Notes: generated from the letters alone by a model not told the origin. A stretch of DNA of 63,393 bases, filler included, from Globobulimina sp. (GCA_003354225.1; 47 parts of 47 records of this genome joined end to end with filler, not necessarily neighbours in it); one strand, 5' to 3'; positions 25,418-37,842 are shown, counted from the whole stretch's first letter. A program made the numbers and translations.

Positions 25418-25683
25418 GTTTTTGTTTTTGATGCAATTACAAAACATACAAATTATGCATATGTGCACGTGTTGTATGTATAGGGCATATATCTGACAAT
25501 AAACCAGCTCAACAAAGATATGATGAATTATGTCAAGAAAAAATATTTTTTCGTATAGCATTAGAACGAGAAAAAATACGCTTNNNNNNNNNNNNNNNNN
25601 NNNNNNNNNNNNNNNNNNNNNNNNNNNTTAATTAATTAANNNNNNNNNNNNNNNNNNNNNNNNNNNNNNNNNNNNNNNNNNNN

Positions 25684-26934
25684 TGAAAAACATATGCAGA
25701 TATTTGCTGCGAACGACCCCATTACGCAAACCCGTGCGATTTCGCTGACCAATGTACGGAATTTAATTGTGACTTTTTTAAATAAGAAGTTTTATTCATT
25801 ATTTTATATGCATAATGAACTGAGAAAGTTGTCGCGCAGCGTAGGTGCGGATGATTTAACCTCGTTGGAAATCGTAGTGACTTCGTGGAACCATTTATTG
25901 ATCGATACGTTTGATGCGACGCAGTTCAAATTCCAGCAGGATAAGGAATTATTGGTGCAATTGACGCAGTTTACGTATTTGGATGAAGCGAATCAAGATA
26001 AGGATGGCTTGCAATATTTGCATGCCATATTAGGCTAAGAAAAGCAAGCTGAGGAGAAAAAAATGCAACCCACTATGACGAGTAATGAATTCGATGCGTT
26101 TACTGATCGGTTATTGATGTTTATGGCGGGGGACCAAGGCAATGTGAATGCGGGTGATGCTCCGATTCGACCCATACATGAGATGAGCACGTACGATGTG
26201 GTGGATTTATTTAAGGCGCGGCGACAAAATTTGATGCAATGCGGCGTGCAGAAATTTTCTGATTTCGAACAATTCCTACGTATGCATGATGTGACCGGGT
26301 CGAAATTAGTGGAAGCTTTTAAACAAAGTAAGCATGATTTAGCTACAATGAATAATTTATTATTTGGTGAACAGCAGCAATTGTATGATAATGAGAAACA
26401 GGAGAAGATTACAAATGAAATTATGAAAGTTGTAGACTTCCAATTGCTGCGCGATAAGGTACAGAATGATTTAATTCCAAAATTCGATATTTGTAAACGG
26501 ATCGCGAGGCATCGACTGTTATACTATTCCGAAGGTGGCAGGGATGAATTGGATGAAAATCGGCATATTCCGATCGAGAAAACCTATTTAGACTTTGAAC
26601 AGATTGAAGCAAATTGGCTGTCGTATGTCACTAAATGGGAGCAAACCATTGAGACACTGCGGAAAGATTTCAATGTGTTGACTTTTTATACGGTGAATGA
26701 TATGCGATGGATTTTGCATAAAATTAATTCTTATATCAATCAGGGCGCCGGGCCGGATAAGGATAAGTTTTTGAGGGAATTGCATTCTTCGTTGTCATTC
26801 ATTGATAGCAATTTGAAATTGGAAGAGTGTAAGACTGAGATACAAAAGTTATGGAAGAAAAAGCAACCAGAAACTATGCGAGATTTGGGTGAAAGTTTAC
26901 AAAATGCATTTGGTCAACGAATTAAAACTGTGGT
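25684..26934 (+). CDS. RNF213/mysterin-like giant protein fragment with one in-frame TAA at 26036-26038
   Basis: Both predicted ORFs are in the same frame; W...IETLRKDFNVLTFYTVNDM resembles the RNF213 R..Y..LNYFT..QL segment. Confidence 0.5.
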
Positions 26935-27345
26935 NNNNNNNNNNNNNNNNNNNNNNNNNNNNNNNNNNNNNNNNNNNNTTAATTAATTAANNNNNNNNNN
27001 NNNNNNNNNNNNNNNNNNNNNNNNNNNNNNNNNNAATTATGATTCTAAGTTTTGCTTTATTTTTTGTCCTTTATTTTGTTGCAGCAACGTAAATTATATT
27101 ATATACAGAGTTAAATGGTTTTGGTTATTGTTTTAAAATAATCATACTGTATATCAGTATATTATAATGTTGCTGATAAACAATGGATATTGGGAGTCTT
27201 TAATATCATACATATTCATAGAATATTGTGACGGCTCTATCACAGTAAATTAGTCCCTGTTTTCCATGTGGTGACAAAAGTGACTTTTAAGTATTTTTCT
27301 TAAGTCAGTGCTAATCAAAACATGGTGACATCTTTGCTGTACATA

Positions 27346-27442
27346 CCTTCTAATTTTTCTTCTAATTTTTCTTTTAATTTTTGTTTTAATTTTTCTTTTA
27401 ATTTTCCTTTTAATTTTCCTTTTAATTTTCCTTCCAATTTTC
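27346..27442. repeat. 12-bp minisatellite (TTAATTTTYCTT), about 8 copies
   Basis: Directly visible; reads KIKR repeats on the minus strand. Confidence 0.8.
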
Positions 27443-27574
27443 TTTATAAAAGACTCATCCTCGCACAAAATAAAGGCTAGATCGACTGAATCGGTACTAA
27501 CCAAACATGTTAGTTTCTGTCCTCGCACAAAAGAACAACCCCCTAATGGGAAAAAAATTATATTCAGTATATAA

Positions 27575-27647
27575 TGGAGAACCCGGGTTTCGATCCCGGT
27601 GCCTCAACGTTGCGAACGTTGCACTCTTCCGATTGAGCTAGTCCCCC
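27575..27647 (-). tRNA. tRNA-Ala (anticodon CGC)
   Basis: GGGGGACTAGCTCAATCGGAAGAGTGCAACGTTCGCAACGTTGAGGCACCGGGATCGAAACCCGGGTTCTCCA: 73-nt cloverleaf, G3:U70 pair, anticodon stem CAACG/CGTTG, no encoded CCA. Confidence 0.93.
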
Positions 27648-27900
27648 ATATTATTTTTTTTTATTTTTTTTGCAATATACAAATTATCAGAGACATATAT
27701 AAACACTCATGTATTACCATAAAAATCTCATGGGAGTGCAAAAAACAAATAGATCACTACTGTCCTCCCAAACAAAGGCGATGTGTACTTTTTCTCAAAG
27801 TGTTGAAAATGACAGTGCACATTCACCAAATGTCAAATGAGTACAAAAGCAGATTTGAAATAAAACTTTAGTACAAACTGTTTTTTCTGAAGTTTGAATA

Positions 27901-28285
27901 ATGGATTCTTTACCAACACCAACCAACAACAGCTCGCGTCCAGAGGTTGACACCTCCAAATCTGAAAACAACTTACTGTTAAAACCTAATGTCGAGTCTT
28001 ACAGTGAACAAACGCATTATAGATATCATCCTGGAAACAACCAAATGACATCTACACAAACTCGCAATGATAGGTTACAAACAAATTTTACTGATTTTGC
28101 AAACAAGCACCGTCAATTTTCATTTACCAATCACGAAGGACTAGCACCTATCGATGACATCGGTGGTGACCGCCTTCGTGACAGAGAATCATCCGTTGAA
28201 CATTCACCATCACCGTCATCCACGCCAATTGTAAGCGATTTGGATGAATTATTAGCCGATACACCCAATGCCAATATGCAACACA
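27901..28285 (+). CDS. Hypothetical protein N-terminus (disordered)
   Basis: ATG-started ORF running to contig end. Confidence 0.5.
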
Positions 28286-28385
28286 NNNNNNNNNNNNNNN
28301 NNNNNNNNNNNNNNNNNNNNNNNNNNNNNTTAATTAATTAANNNNNNNNNNNNNNNNNNNNNNNNNNNNNNNNNNNNNNNNNNNN

Positions 28386-29442
28386 ACAAACCTTTCCCAT
28401 GATGTCATTGGATCGCCTCCTGTATCTGATCCACCAAATACATAAATTCTATAATTTACTAAAATCGCAGCAGGGGACGATCTGCCTGATTTTAACCGCC
28501 TACTCGTGCCAGAACTGATCAATTCGATGACATTGCTGACCGGATCATAAATCTGTATACTTTGCGAGGCTGTGCCCGAACAGCAACTATCTCTACCTCC
28601 AACTAAATAGATTTGATTATTTAAAATATCGCTGACAGCTCTTTGGAAATAGACATTGTTATTGGCTTTATAGGCAATATAGGACCAGCCAGAGCTAAGA
28701 GATGGCAAACCACCGATATAAATTCTCTCTGAAGAGGCACGAACAGTCTGTGTGGTTCCGTCCATATAAGATCCACCAAATACATATAAATAATCGCCAT
28801 GTACTACACAGGCATGTTTGCCTCGGCCCGCAAGCATATACTTGGAGGAGAGAGACCAACTGGGAGACGCGCCTCGATTGTCTAATACCTGTAAATATTG
28901 GCTCGCCACTGGATCAGTTTCTATGGTCATTCCTCCCGTTGCAAAAATCCAGTCTGGATATATAGCAGCAACGCCAGGAGCCTCTAGATTATACGGCAGG
29001 GCCTCGTTGGCAGGCTCCGAAGAGGTTAATTGTCTCGAACTAAATAAAAACCGTCTTAATATTCCATTATCAATGTAAACTATGGACTCTCCCCATTGCG
29101 CTGAACATTGAGCATTGGCCTGAACGATTGCTGTAGTCAAATAACCATGATAGTCCATTGGGCTTGTTCCGATTTTATAAGAGAAAATTCTGTCGTTGGC
29201 TCCGCCAATTAGAAAGATTCTGTCGTCTGATGCCTGGTATCCTAACGGTGTGGTTGGATTATATAACATTTTTGATGTTATTATATTGAAAAATTAGAAA
29301 GGAAAACCAAACCTGCAAATTGTGTGGTTGCTGCCTCTGGCAAAGGTGGACTCGTGTATTTGGTCCATAACGTTAAAGGATCAGTTAATTGTGATTTACA
29401 TGAATTGGAGATAAAAACGTTGACCACAAGGAACCACAGCAT
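28386..29442 (-). CDS. Secreted Kelch-repeat protein, 3' truncated; intron 29242-29312
   Basis: Signal peptide MLWFLVVNVF; IFLIGG, IFATGG, LYVFGG, IYLVGG, IYVFGG repeats. Confidence 0.85.
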
Positions 29443-29736
29443 GGTTGAAGCGAGACTTGGACTGTGCTCCAAAACTTTGACTTGAGTATTAAACACAACT
29501 ATCGTCTTCTGTCAGTAGTGCCTGGTCGAAATGATTACAATAGCAAAAAAGAAAATTAATTTAAAAGCAATTATACATATTTTCAAAATCATTGTCGCTC
29601 AGTTTCTTTTCATAATCATTGTCGTTTTTAGGAATTNNNNNNNNNNNNNNNNNNNNNNNNNNNNNNNNNNNNNNNNNNNNTTAATTAATTAANNNNNNNN
29701 NNNNNNNNNNNNNNNNNNNNNNNNNNNNNNNNNNNN

Positions 29737-30952
29737 TATTCAATCTCTTTATAAATGATGCTACTGAACAATTAAAGCCAGAAGGAACAATTAAACTCTA
29801 CGCGGATGACTCAAAATTATATCGTATTATATCAAATCCTAATGATGTCAGAGCTCAACAAGATGATCTAACAGCGTTGCAAACTTGGGCTGACAAATGG
29901 CAATTAAAATTCAATGTGGAGAAATGCTCAGTATTACAATTAGCATCAAGAAGAGAACCAAACGATTATTTTCTACGAAATGAACAGCTAAAATCAACAA
30001 CTTCCGAACGTGACCTCGGTGTCTACATCCAAACAGACCTAAAACCTCATGAACACTGTAAAAAGGCAGTCGCAAAAGCAACTATGACATCGATGATGAT
30101 TAAAAGGACGTTAGGACATCGAAAGGAGACCGATCTACTTAGTAATTTGTACCGAACATATGTCCGACCTCACCTTGAATATGCGAGCTCAGTGTGGTCC
30201 CCCCAATACATAAATGACATTGACCTAGTAGAAAGTGTACAAAGAAGGTATACAAGAAATATGCCTGCATTATGGGGACTCACGTATGAACAAAGACTCC
30301 AGCGGCTCAAACTACAAACATTAGAAGAAAGAAGGTTTATAGCTGATTTGGTACAGGTTTACAAGATTTGCCACAATTTAGACGTTTTGAAATTTGAAGA
30401 TTTTTTTAAACTCAATGACACCCAAACACGAGGTCAACACCCCCTAAAACTACAAAAAGAACACACAAATTGTTCGGCCAGAGCTCATTTTTTCTCTGTA
30501 CGAGTGGTCGATTCCTGGAACTCACTACCCGCCTACGTCGTTAATGCTAAATCGGTTGGGACTTTTAAAGAAAAATTAATGAAATTGGATGTTTGGCACA
30601 TCAATGAAGGCAAATGGCGCATCGGTTCAGCTACAACAGACTAAACACAGATATTTCGCGCATTTGATGGCCTGAGGGAAAACGAAAAATTTATTATATT
30701 ATTTTTAATTATTTATACAGTATTATAGGCTACAGTATTCAAATACTAATCAACGCATCACGCTATTTTTTAATGTTTATTATGACAAAAACTGTGTTAA
30801 GTTTAAAGGTTGCGCTAGTCGTTTCCTTGTTTCAGACGTGTTTATGAAACCTGTTTTAAACTATGTTGATTCTAAGATGTACTTCAATTGTTGTTATTAT
30901 GCTTTCTTCGCATTTGTCTGACCTAAAACCAAATAAATACATACATACATAC
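29737..30952 (+). mobile_element. CR1/L2-group LINE 3' end: RT C-terminus (to 30644), 3' UTR and (ATAC)n tail
   Basis: FNLFIND, KLYADD, WQLKFNVEKC, ERDLGV, VRPHLEYASSVWSP, FFSVRVVDSWNSLP; AAATAAATACATACATACATAC near 30931-30952. Confidence 0.9.
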
Positions 30953-31087
30953 AACCGTCTTATCAACTATTTTAAAACTATTATCAGNNNNNNNNNNNNN
31001 NNNNNNNNNNNNNNNNNNNNNNNNNNNNNNNTTAATTAATTAANNNNNNNNNNNNNNNNNNNNNNNNNNNNNNNNNNNNNNNNNNNN

Positions 31088-32179
31088 AACGCCTTGATCC
31101 ATCCCGACGACTTATGGGCCTTCGAAGAGCAATTAATCTCCGCCTTGTCGTACATCCACAACGTGTGCAATGTGATGCATTTGGACTTCAAGCCGAAGAA
31201 TATAATGATTAATAGATACGGCTACGACATCATCAAATACGCCAAGAATTTACACTTAATCAAATTGCAACAGTCCAACATCACTTTGATTGATTTTAGT
31301 GTCTCAGCTAAAGCGCCAAAGAAGGCCAATTTGGACGAAGTGCGCTATACTGGCAATTTCGGGACGCGCCGCTATCGGCCGCCAGAGATGATATATGGCG
31401 GCAAATGGAATCGCAGCGTGGATACCTATGGCACGGCGTGCATTATTCTCGAAAGTATCAAGTTAGTCCCTGTCATCGATACGACTTATTACAAAAAGAA
31501 GAAAATACTTAAATATAAGAAAAAATTAAAGAAAGTGGCCCATGCACATAATAACGGCACTGGCCACCATCAAAAATATCGCCTCAACAGTTCCTATAAA
31601 CAATTAGATATTTCTGAGGTGCTGTACTTGATTATACAACAGGTTGGCTTCCCTGATTACGAGTATTGGAGGAATATGGACATGAACGAGAAGGCACTGT
31701 TTCCACAGCATCCGTTGATTGAAAACATCGCAAAGAAGGGGAAAAGGTCGAAATTGTTTAGCAATGACGGATATCCATTGGATTCGCGCAAATTTGCCAA
31801 AAAAAAACAGATAAAAACGGTATCGATATCGGATTTGCATTTACGTGAAGGAGATGAGGAGGATGAGGAGGAAGAGAGTGATGAGGAGGAGGAGGAGGAT
31901 GAGAGTGAGGAGGAAGAGGAGGATCCGATGGGTTGGCATTTGTTTAGTGATAAATTGACAGCGCATAGAGGAACTGCATGGAATCTATTTAAACAGTACG
32001 GATCTAATCTAATTATGACTTGTCAGTTGGAAAAAATGGAGGAGTCTCTCAGGAAAATGGTTGTATGGGATCCGCGCCAAAGAATCACACCGGAACAGGT
32101 GTTGGAGCAATATTTCCCCAAACATAAAATCAAAATACTTGTCAAGTGTGATGAGGATGATATTGCTAACGATGACTAA
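31088..32179 (+). CDS. Ser/Thr protein kinase (CMGC-like), 5' truncated, with basic and acidic inserts
   Basis: HLDFKPKNI, LIDFS, GTRRYRPPE, WDPRQRITPEQVL. Confidence 0.9.
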   Translation, partial: NALIHPDDLWAFEEQLISALSYIHNVCNVMHLDFKPKNIMINRYGYDIIKYAKNLHLIKLQQSNITLIDFSVSAKAPKKANLDEVRYTGNFGTRRYRPPEMIYGGKWNRSVDTYGTACIILESIKLVPVIDTTYYKKKKILKYKKKLKKVAHAHNNGTGHHQKYRLNSSYKQLDISEVLYLIIQQVGFPDYEYWRNMDMNEKALFPQHPLIENIAKKGKRSKLFSNDGYPLDSRKFAKKKQIKTVSISDLHLREGDEEDEEEESDEEEEEDESEEEEEDPMGWHLFSDKLTAHRGTAWNLFKQYGSNLIMTCQLEKMEESLRKMVVWDPRQRITPEQVLEQYFPKHKIKILVKCDEDDIANDD

Positions 32180-32438
32180 TGAGTTTATATGAGTTATGAC
32201 CATTTTTTTAATTGTTTTGTTTTTCAACTTTCAATTTAATTTTTTTCAGTTTTTCAGTTTTTGAACTTTTTTTTTTTGTTATTGTATGATATATAATATA
32301 TTTGTCGCCGATGTCGATGTCGATGTTTCGTACGAATTNNNNNNNNNNNNNNNNNNNNNNNNNNNNNNNNNNNNNNNNNNNNTTAATTAATTAANNNNNN
32401 NNNNNNNNNNNNNNNNNNNNNNNNNNNNNNNNNNNNNN

Positions 32439-33470
32439 TGTGCCTGTGTTCGCAATGAATTGCCGTATTTGTTTGAATGGATTGAATATTACAGAACACT
32501 TCAACAGTTTGATAAGATTTATATTTATAATGATTTATCACAAGACAGAGTTGCATATTTATCATATTTTTATAGTGAATACATGTGGAATTATACAGAA
32601 GTTGAAATATTAATAGATCCAGAAGTTGAAATGATCGATCCTTCAAACAGAAAGCAAGAATCGTGGCCACATTGTCGGCAAAGAGCATTAAATGATAACA
32701 TACGTTGGCTCGCAGTGTTTGATGTTGATGAATTTATGTATTCATTAAATTTTGATACAATTAAGCAATTCATACAATATATTGATGCGAATGAACCGCA
32801 TATCAACACAATAAATGTTCCCGTCACTCCATTTGGAGCAAAAATATCAATGAAAAAATTTAAATATGATTTAAATGTGAATCAAAGTGACAAGGATTGT
32901 GTTTTAAATTCATCACAAATATTATCATTATCCTCGTCATTATCGCTGGATTTATTGAATGAGTGTGAGATTGATATAATTAATGCAAATGAGAATGGCA
33001 TTGTTACTGTGATTGGAACATATTTGTTCCGAGCACCCGGTGTAAATGCTGGTGATTCAAAGAAATATGTCACGCATTTATTACAAGATAATATAACGAA
33101 TTGTAATCATTTTGGTAAAAGAGGTCGAGAACCAATTAACAAATCAACAATTTGTTCATCCGGCACATTTAGGAAATCGATATCGAAAATTCCAGAATGT
33201 GAAAGCCTAACAAATCATCGTTGTGAAACATGGCAAAGCAATATGAATGCAACACACTTTGAGGATATTGCTTTTATTAAAGGAAATCATTATTTTCTTC
33301 GAGGATATGAAAATTTTTTTGCATCTTATTCATTCTATAAACCCGATAAAAAAATTGAATTATTGGATGCTGATATTCGCCATTTTTTTTTATCGATTTA
33401 TGATCCAATTCTGGCTCACAAATATCATTCTGTTCTATCTCAACGGTTGAGCAAATTATTGCGTTGTTAA
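32439..33470 (+). CDS. Glycosyltransferase family 92/GT2-like protein, 5' truncated
   Basis: NELPYLFEWIEYY, IYIYNDLSQD, WLAVFDVDEF, NHYF. Confidence 0.85.
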   Translation, partial: CACVRNELPYLFEWIEYYRTLQQFDKIYIYNDLSQDRVAYLSYFYSEYMWNYTEVEILIDPEVEMIDPSNRKQESWPHCRQRALNDNIRWLAVFDVDEFMYSLNFDTIKQFIQYIDANEPHINTINVPVTPFGAKISMKKFKYDLNVNQSDKDCVLNSSQILSLSSSLSLDLLNECEIDIINANENGIVTVIGTYLFRAPGVNAGDSKKYVTHLLQDNITNCNHFGKRGREPINKSTICSSGTFRKSISKIPECESLTNHRCETWQSNMNATHFEDIAFIKGNHYFLRGYENFFASYSFYKPDKKIELLDADIRHFFLSIYDPILAHKYHSVLSQRLSKLLRC

Positions 33471-33790
33471 CTTTTTTTTTCTTTCTTTTTTTTTCTTTCT
33501 TTCTTTTTCTTTCTTTTTTATTTTTACAAGTGAATATTTTATAAAATCTATCTAAAGCAAGTCAGTGCATCATCAATTCTTTGACAATATTTTTTTGTTT
33601 ACACCAATCGTGATTTTTTTGTTGTATAAACCTTATAAAATTCACCTAAAATCGCCTATAAAATACACCATAAAATGCCAATGCAATTANNNNNNNNNNN
33701 NNNNNNNNNNNNNNNNNNNNNNNNNNNNNNNNNTTAATTAATTAANNNNNNNNNNNNNNNNNNNNNNNNNNNNNNNNNNNNNNNNNNNNC

Positions 33791-34936
33791 ACGACGCGTT
33801 TAGTGCAAAATCATGTTTTGAAACAAAAAGAGTTTGATTATTGGTCCATAAATAGGTGCATAAAAAATAAAAATATGGACACTTATTATTGTAATAAAAA
33901 TAAAAATTTTGATGAATCCACGGCAATGTGGACATTATTAAAAGCTAAATATTCAACGTATAAATATCAGCAAATGAAACAAGCATCAAAATCCAAAAAT
34001 AATTCCATGGCATCGGACCCAAACACTTCTCAATTAATTGAGCCATTATCCTTTGATCAAATTGCTGCCATATTCCTATATACAACAAACTATATTTACA
34101 AAGATCTTCGCGCGGATTTATCTGCCATGAAAGCGACTTTTGCCGATTTTATCGTTGAATTAATTGTTGGTATTAACAAATTACCCATGGTTTGGCACAA
34201 AACCTATCGTGGATTCAGTGGTGGATATTTGAAGCGAGATCCTCAGTTTTTTAAAGATTACAAAAAAGGCAATATTTTACGATGGGATTCGATGAATTCG
34301 GCATCGCTCAATCAAGATGTTGCTAAAAATTGGGCGGGCTCTGGATATGCAGTTGAAATCGAGGCATATCACGGAAGGGATATTATGCCTTTTTCTATGG
34401 TTCCGGGCGAAGCCGAGGTTATTTATATCATATCGTCACATTTTCTGATTACAGGGCAGTATGAATATGGCGGTCGAACCTGGTTTAAAGCGAAAGAAAT
34501 GGCATTTCCTTGGAATGATAAAGCTGTTTTATGGGTTGACGACAAACCGGAAGGCAATAAAGCTTTGATGGAGCGGTTAGAGCGCGAAGGCAAAATGGTA
34601 ATACCTCGCGTCTCCACAAAACAAGCTATGGATTTCTTGAAATTTATGAAGGCCTTTTTTTTAGATAATAACCAGTTCCATAAATACAGAATTGTTTCAG
34701 ACATGAAACGATTCGAGAAAGCCAATGAAGAGGACGAAAATAGTAAAATTATCACGGATAAAAAAGCTGGAGCCACACTGGTGCATCAATTAAGGAAACA
34801 AGGCTATCAAAACGAAGTTTGTATATTTACAGGATATGCTCCGCATGCTATTAAGTGTTGCGATGAGTTGGGCTGTACACAAAATATAATTGCTACAACC
34901 AGTACCGAAGAGTGTTATACATTTTGCAAATATTAA
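33791..34936 (+). CDS. NAD:arginine ADP-ribosyltransferase domain fused to C-terminal response-regulator receiver-like domain, 5' truncated
   Basis: ART: AIFLYT, TYRG, SAS, EAEV; REC: VLWVDDKP, IVSDMKR, AG..LV..LR, CIFTG. Confidence 0.85.
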   Translation, partial: TTRLVQNHVLKQKEFDYWSINRCIKNKNMDTYYCNKNKNFDESTAMWTLLKAKYSTYKYQQMKQASKSKNNSMASDPNTSQLIEPLSFDQIAAIFLYTTNYIYKDLRADLSAMKATFADFIVELIVGINKLPMVWHKTYRGFSGGYLKRDPQFFKDYKKGNILRWDSMNSASLNQDVAKNWAGSGYAVEIEAYHGRDIMPFSMVPGEAEVIYIISSHFLITGQYEYGGRTWFKAKEMAFPWNDKAVLWVDDKPEGNKALMERLEREGKMVIPRVSTKQAMDFLKFMKAFFLDNNQFHKYRIVSDMKRFEKANEEDENSKIITDKKAGATLVHQLRKQGYQNEVCIFTGYAPHAIKCCDELGCTQNIIATTSTEECYTFCKY

Positions 34937-35140
34937 TCATTGAATAATGTGTAGATTAATATTGTCCACATACCAATATGTTTTATATAAGACTGTTGTA
35001 TGTGTGTTTGTATATATTATTCATTATTATAATGTCATGTNNNNNNNNNNNNNNNNNNNNNNNNNNNNNNNNNNNNNNNNNNNNTTAATTAATTAANNNN
35101 NNNNNNNNNNNNNNNNNNNNNNNNNNNNNNNNNNNNNNNN

Positions 35141-36204
35141 AATTAAAATGTAAAGAAATTGAGGAGAAAATTGATGAAATTAAGAAACGGAAAAAAGAGA
35201 TTGAAAATGAATTAAAAATACAACGGAAGAAGTTGTCGGCAAAAGATTGTGAATTAAAAAAGTTGGAGAAAATTGTGAATAAAAATGAGAAGCAATACAG
35301 TTTGATGGATATTTCTGAGACTAAATTACAATCAGAGTTAGTAAATTTGAATGAGGCCATCAAAACAAGCAAGAAAATTGTTGAAAAAATGTTAGCTGAA
35401 TGCGAGTGGCTATTAGACGGTGTGTCGGAGTGCGAGATAGAAAGTGGAAAATATGAAGAAATGGCGCAGAGACAAAATAAATTAAAAGAGGAACAACAAG
35501 TATTACACTCAAAGATCAATCACAAAGTAATGTCCATGTTCGAAAGGGCAGAGAATGAGTACCGAGATTTGATCAAAAAAAGAGAAATTATACGGAATGA
35601 TAAGAAAAAGATTGAGTCCGTGATCAGGGAGTTGGACAAAAAAAAGGAGGATACGTTGGAGAGTACTTACAAAAAAGTAAATGAACATTTTGGAAATATA
35701 TTCAATAAATTATTGCCTGGCACGCAATGCAAATTGGATAAGATGAAAAATGACGATGAGGAAGCCTCCATTTTGGATGGATTAGAAGTAAAAGTTGCAT
35801 TTGGTAATGAAGAACAAGGCAATAATAATGAGAGCGATGATGGCGCCCCGTTGTGGAAAGAATCGTTATCGGAGTTATCCGGCGGACAAAGATCATTGTT
35901 GGCGTTGTCATTGATTTTGTCGTTGTTGTTGTTTAAACCCGCACCGTTATATATTTTGGATGAGATTGATGCCGCTTTGGATTTATCACATACACAAAAT
36001 ATTGGTATTTTAATCGCAAAATATTTTGCAAAATCTCAGTTTATTGTTGTGTCGTTGAAAGAGGGGATGTTTACAAATGCAAATGTTATATTTCGAACGT
36101 CCTTTATCGATGGGGTATCCGCTGTAAAAAGGAGTGTCGGATCTGGATTGAGACATAATGACAAAGAAAATGACAATCATAACCATAACAGGCATCGACG
36201 CTAA
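35141..36204 (+). CDS. SMC2: Condensin subunit SMC2, C-terminal head
   Basis: WKESLSELSGGQRSLLALSLIL, PAPLYILDEIDAALDLSHTQNIG, SQFIVVSLKEGMF. Confidence 0.97.
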
Positions 36205-36491
36205 ATTCAGACATTTAACATCATTTAATATCAGTATTTAAAAAAGTATCTTTTTCTCCATTTTTATTAGCAGTAAAACCTAAAAACTTAGTAAGTCACT
36301 AACAAGCTATGAGCTTTAACAAACGTAGAGGCGGAGTTACTAGTTATACACCGTCACCAATACAATTGACAATACATACAATTAATCGTATNNNNNNNNN
36401 NNNNNNNNNNNNNNNNNNNNNNNNNNNNNNNNNNNTTAATTAATTAANNNNNNNNNNNNNNNNNNNNNNNNNNNNNNNNNNNNNNNNNNNN

Positions 36492-37742
36492 GACAAAAAC
36501 AATACATCCTCTGTTTACACCCATAGCCAAATAATCAATACAAATGCAACATTTGTAACTGTCAGTTGAAAATACGATATTGACCAATGAGCTAATTCAT
36601 TACCACATAAATATAAACCTGACGATGTACCATATATAACACATAAAAATATTGTAAATAATATTGCTGTTTTACTTCCTAAAATGTTTGTTACTGCCAC
36701 TAATTTATGAAAAAAAGGATGTTTAAATTGCGGTACCGTTGATATATTTGACTGTGAGGGGAGAAGACAATTTCCTTGTTTACAATGTATACAATTATAA
36801 ACATGGCCAGCTCCTAACATAAATAATGCCAATCCTGTGAATATCAATACTGTATATTCCTGAAAATTGTCATACGCTGTAATATATAACGATGTGCTGC
36901 TGCGTTCTGATGAATCAATCCATGCTGGCAAATAGGAATTATGTGCATCAGAAAATGCAGAAAATAGTGTCATATCATTCGCAGAAAATCTATTACCTGC
37001 CACTACGATTACGGTTTGATTTAAAAAACGTGTTGCATTCAAATAATTATTTGGTATATTACACGATAAAGAGTTATCAAATAATGTCAAATTAACCAAT
37101 TTTTGTGGTGCTTCATATGATGTTTCAAGACGACCAGTCAATGCACATTGGTGTGCAAAAAATCCCTCTAAGTTACTATTTGTTGGGATAACAGGCACTG
37201 TGCCATGAAGATTCAGGTTACGATATATGGATAAAACTGACAGATTTGGTGATATGTTTGGATCAAATAATGCCGATAACCATTGAGACAAATTATTATC
37301 ATTGAAATTGTTGTCATGAATGGTAATTGCGGATAAATGTGTCGCTGGCTTCGCTATCAATGGGAGAGCTTTTTCAAAATTGTTTTTGTGCAGAAACGCA
37401 TAGGTTAGATTCTTCATTGTTAAATTCAATATGTCCGATTGTTCTGCACTTTTAATATTATTATGTGAAATGTCTAAATATCTTAAACTACTCAATGCTG
37501 GAAGTGGAAGTGCACCATCTTTTGCACTATAAAAGCAATCGGGAATGGAGGTAAAACTGTTATGATCAATCACAAATACTTGCAATCTGCGGTTACAATA
37601 TGAATTTGATATATTTCCATGCAAATTATTCCTGCCAATATTCAGAACACTATATATATTTACAAACATTATAATTATTAGTATGGATATAAACCGTATT
37701 AAACAAAACTGTAGGTTGCAATCAGCAGATATCTTTGGCAAT
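36492..37742 (-). CDS. Leucine-rich-repeat multi-pass membrane protein, internal fragment
   Basis: LRYLDISHNNI, LTLFDNSLSCNIP plant-type LRRs followed by TMs. Confidence 0.8.
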
Positions 37743-37842
37743 NNNNNNNNNNNNNNNNNNNNNNNNNNNNNNNNNNNNNNNNNNNNTTAATTAATTAANN
37801 NNNNNNNNNNNNNNNNNNNNNNNNNNNNNNNNNNNNNNNNNN

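Noticed and set aside
26036-26038. Genome-wide TAA stop-codon reassignment
   Set aside because: TAA terminates conserved genes here (UBC4, SMC2), and this ORF uses normal Gln/Glu codons with only one TAA
27250-27528. KIKR-repeat basic protein
   Set aside because: Explained by a 12-bp minisatellite; no other coding support
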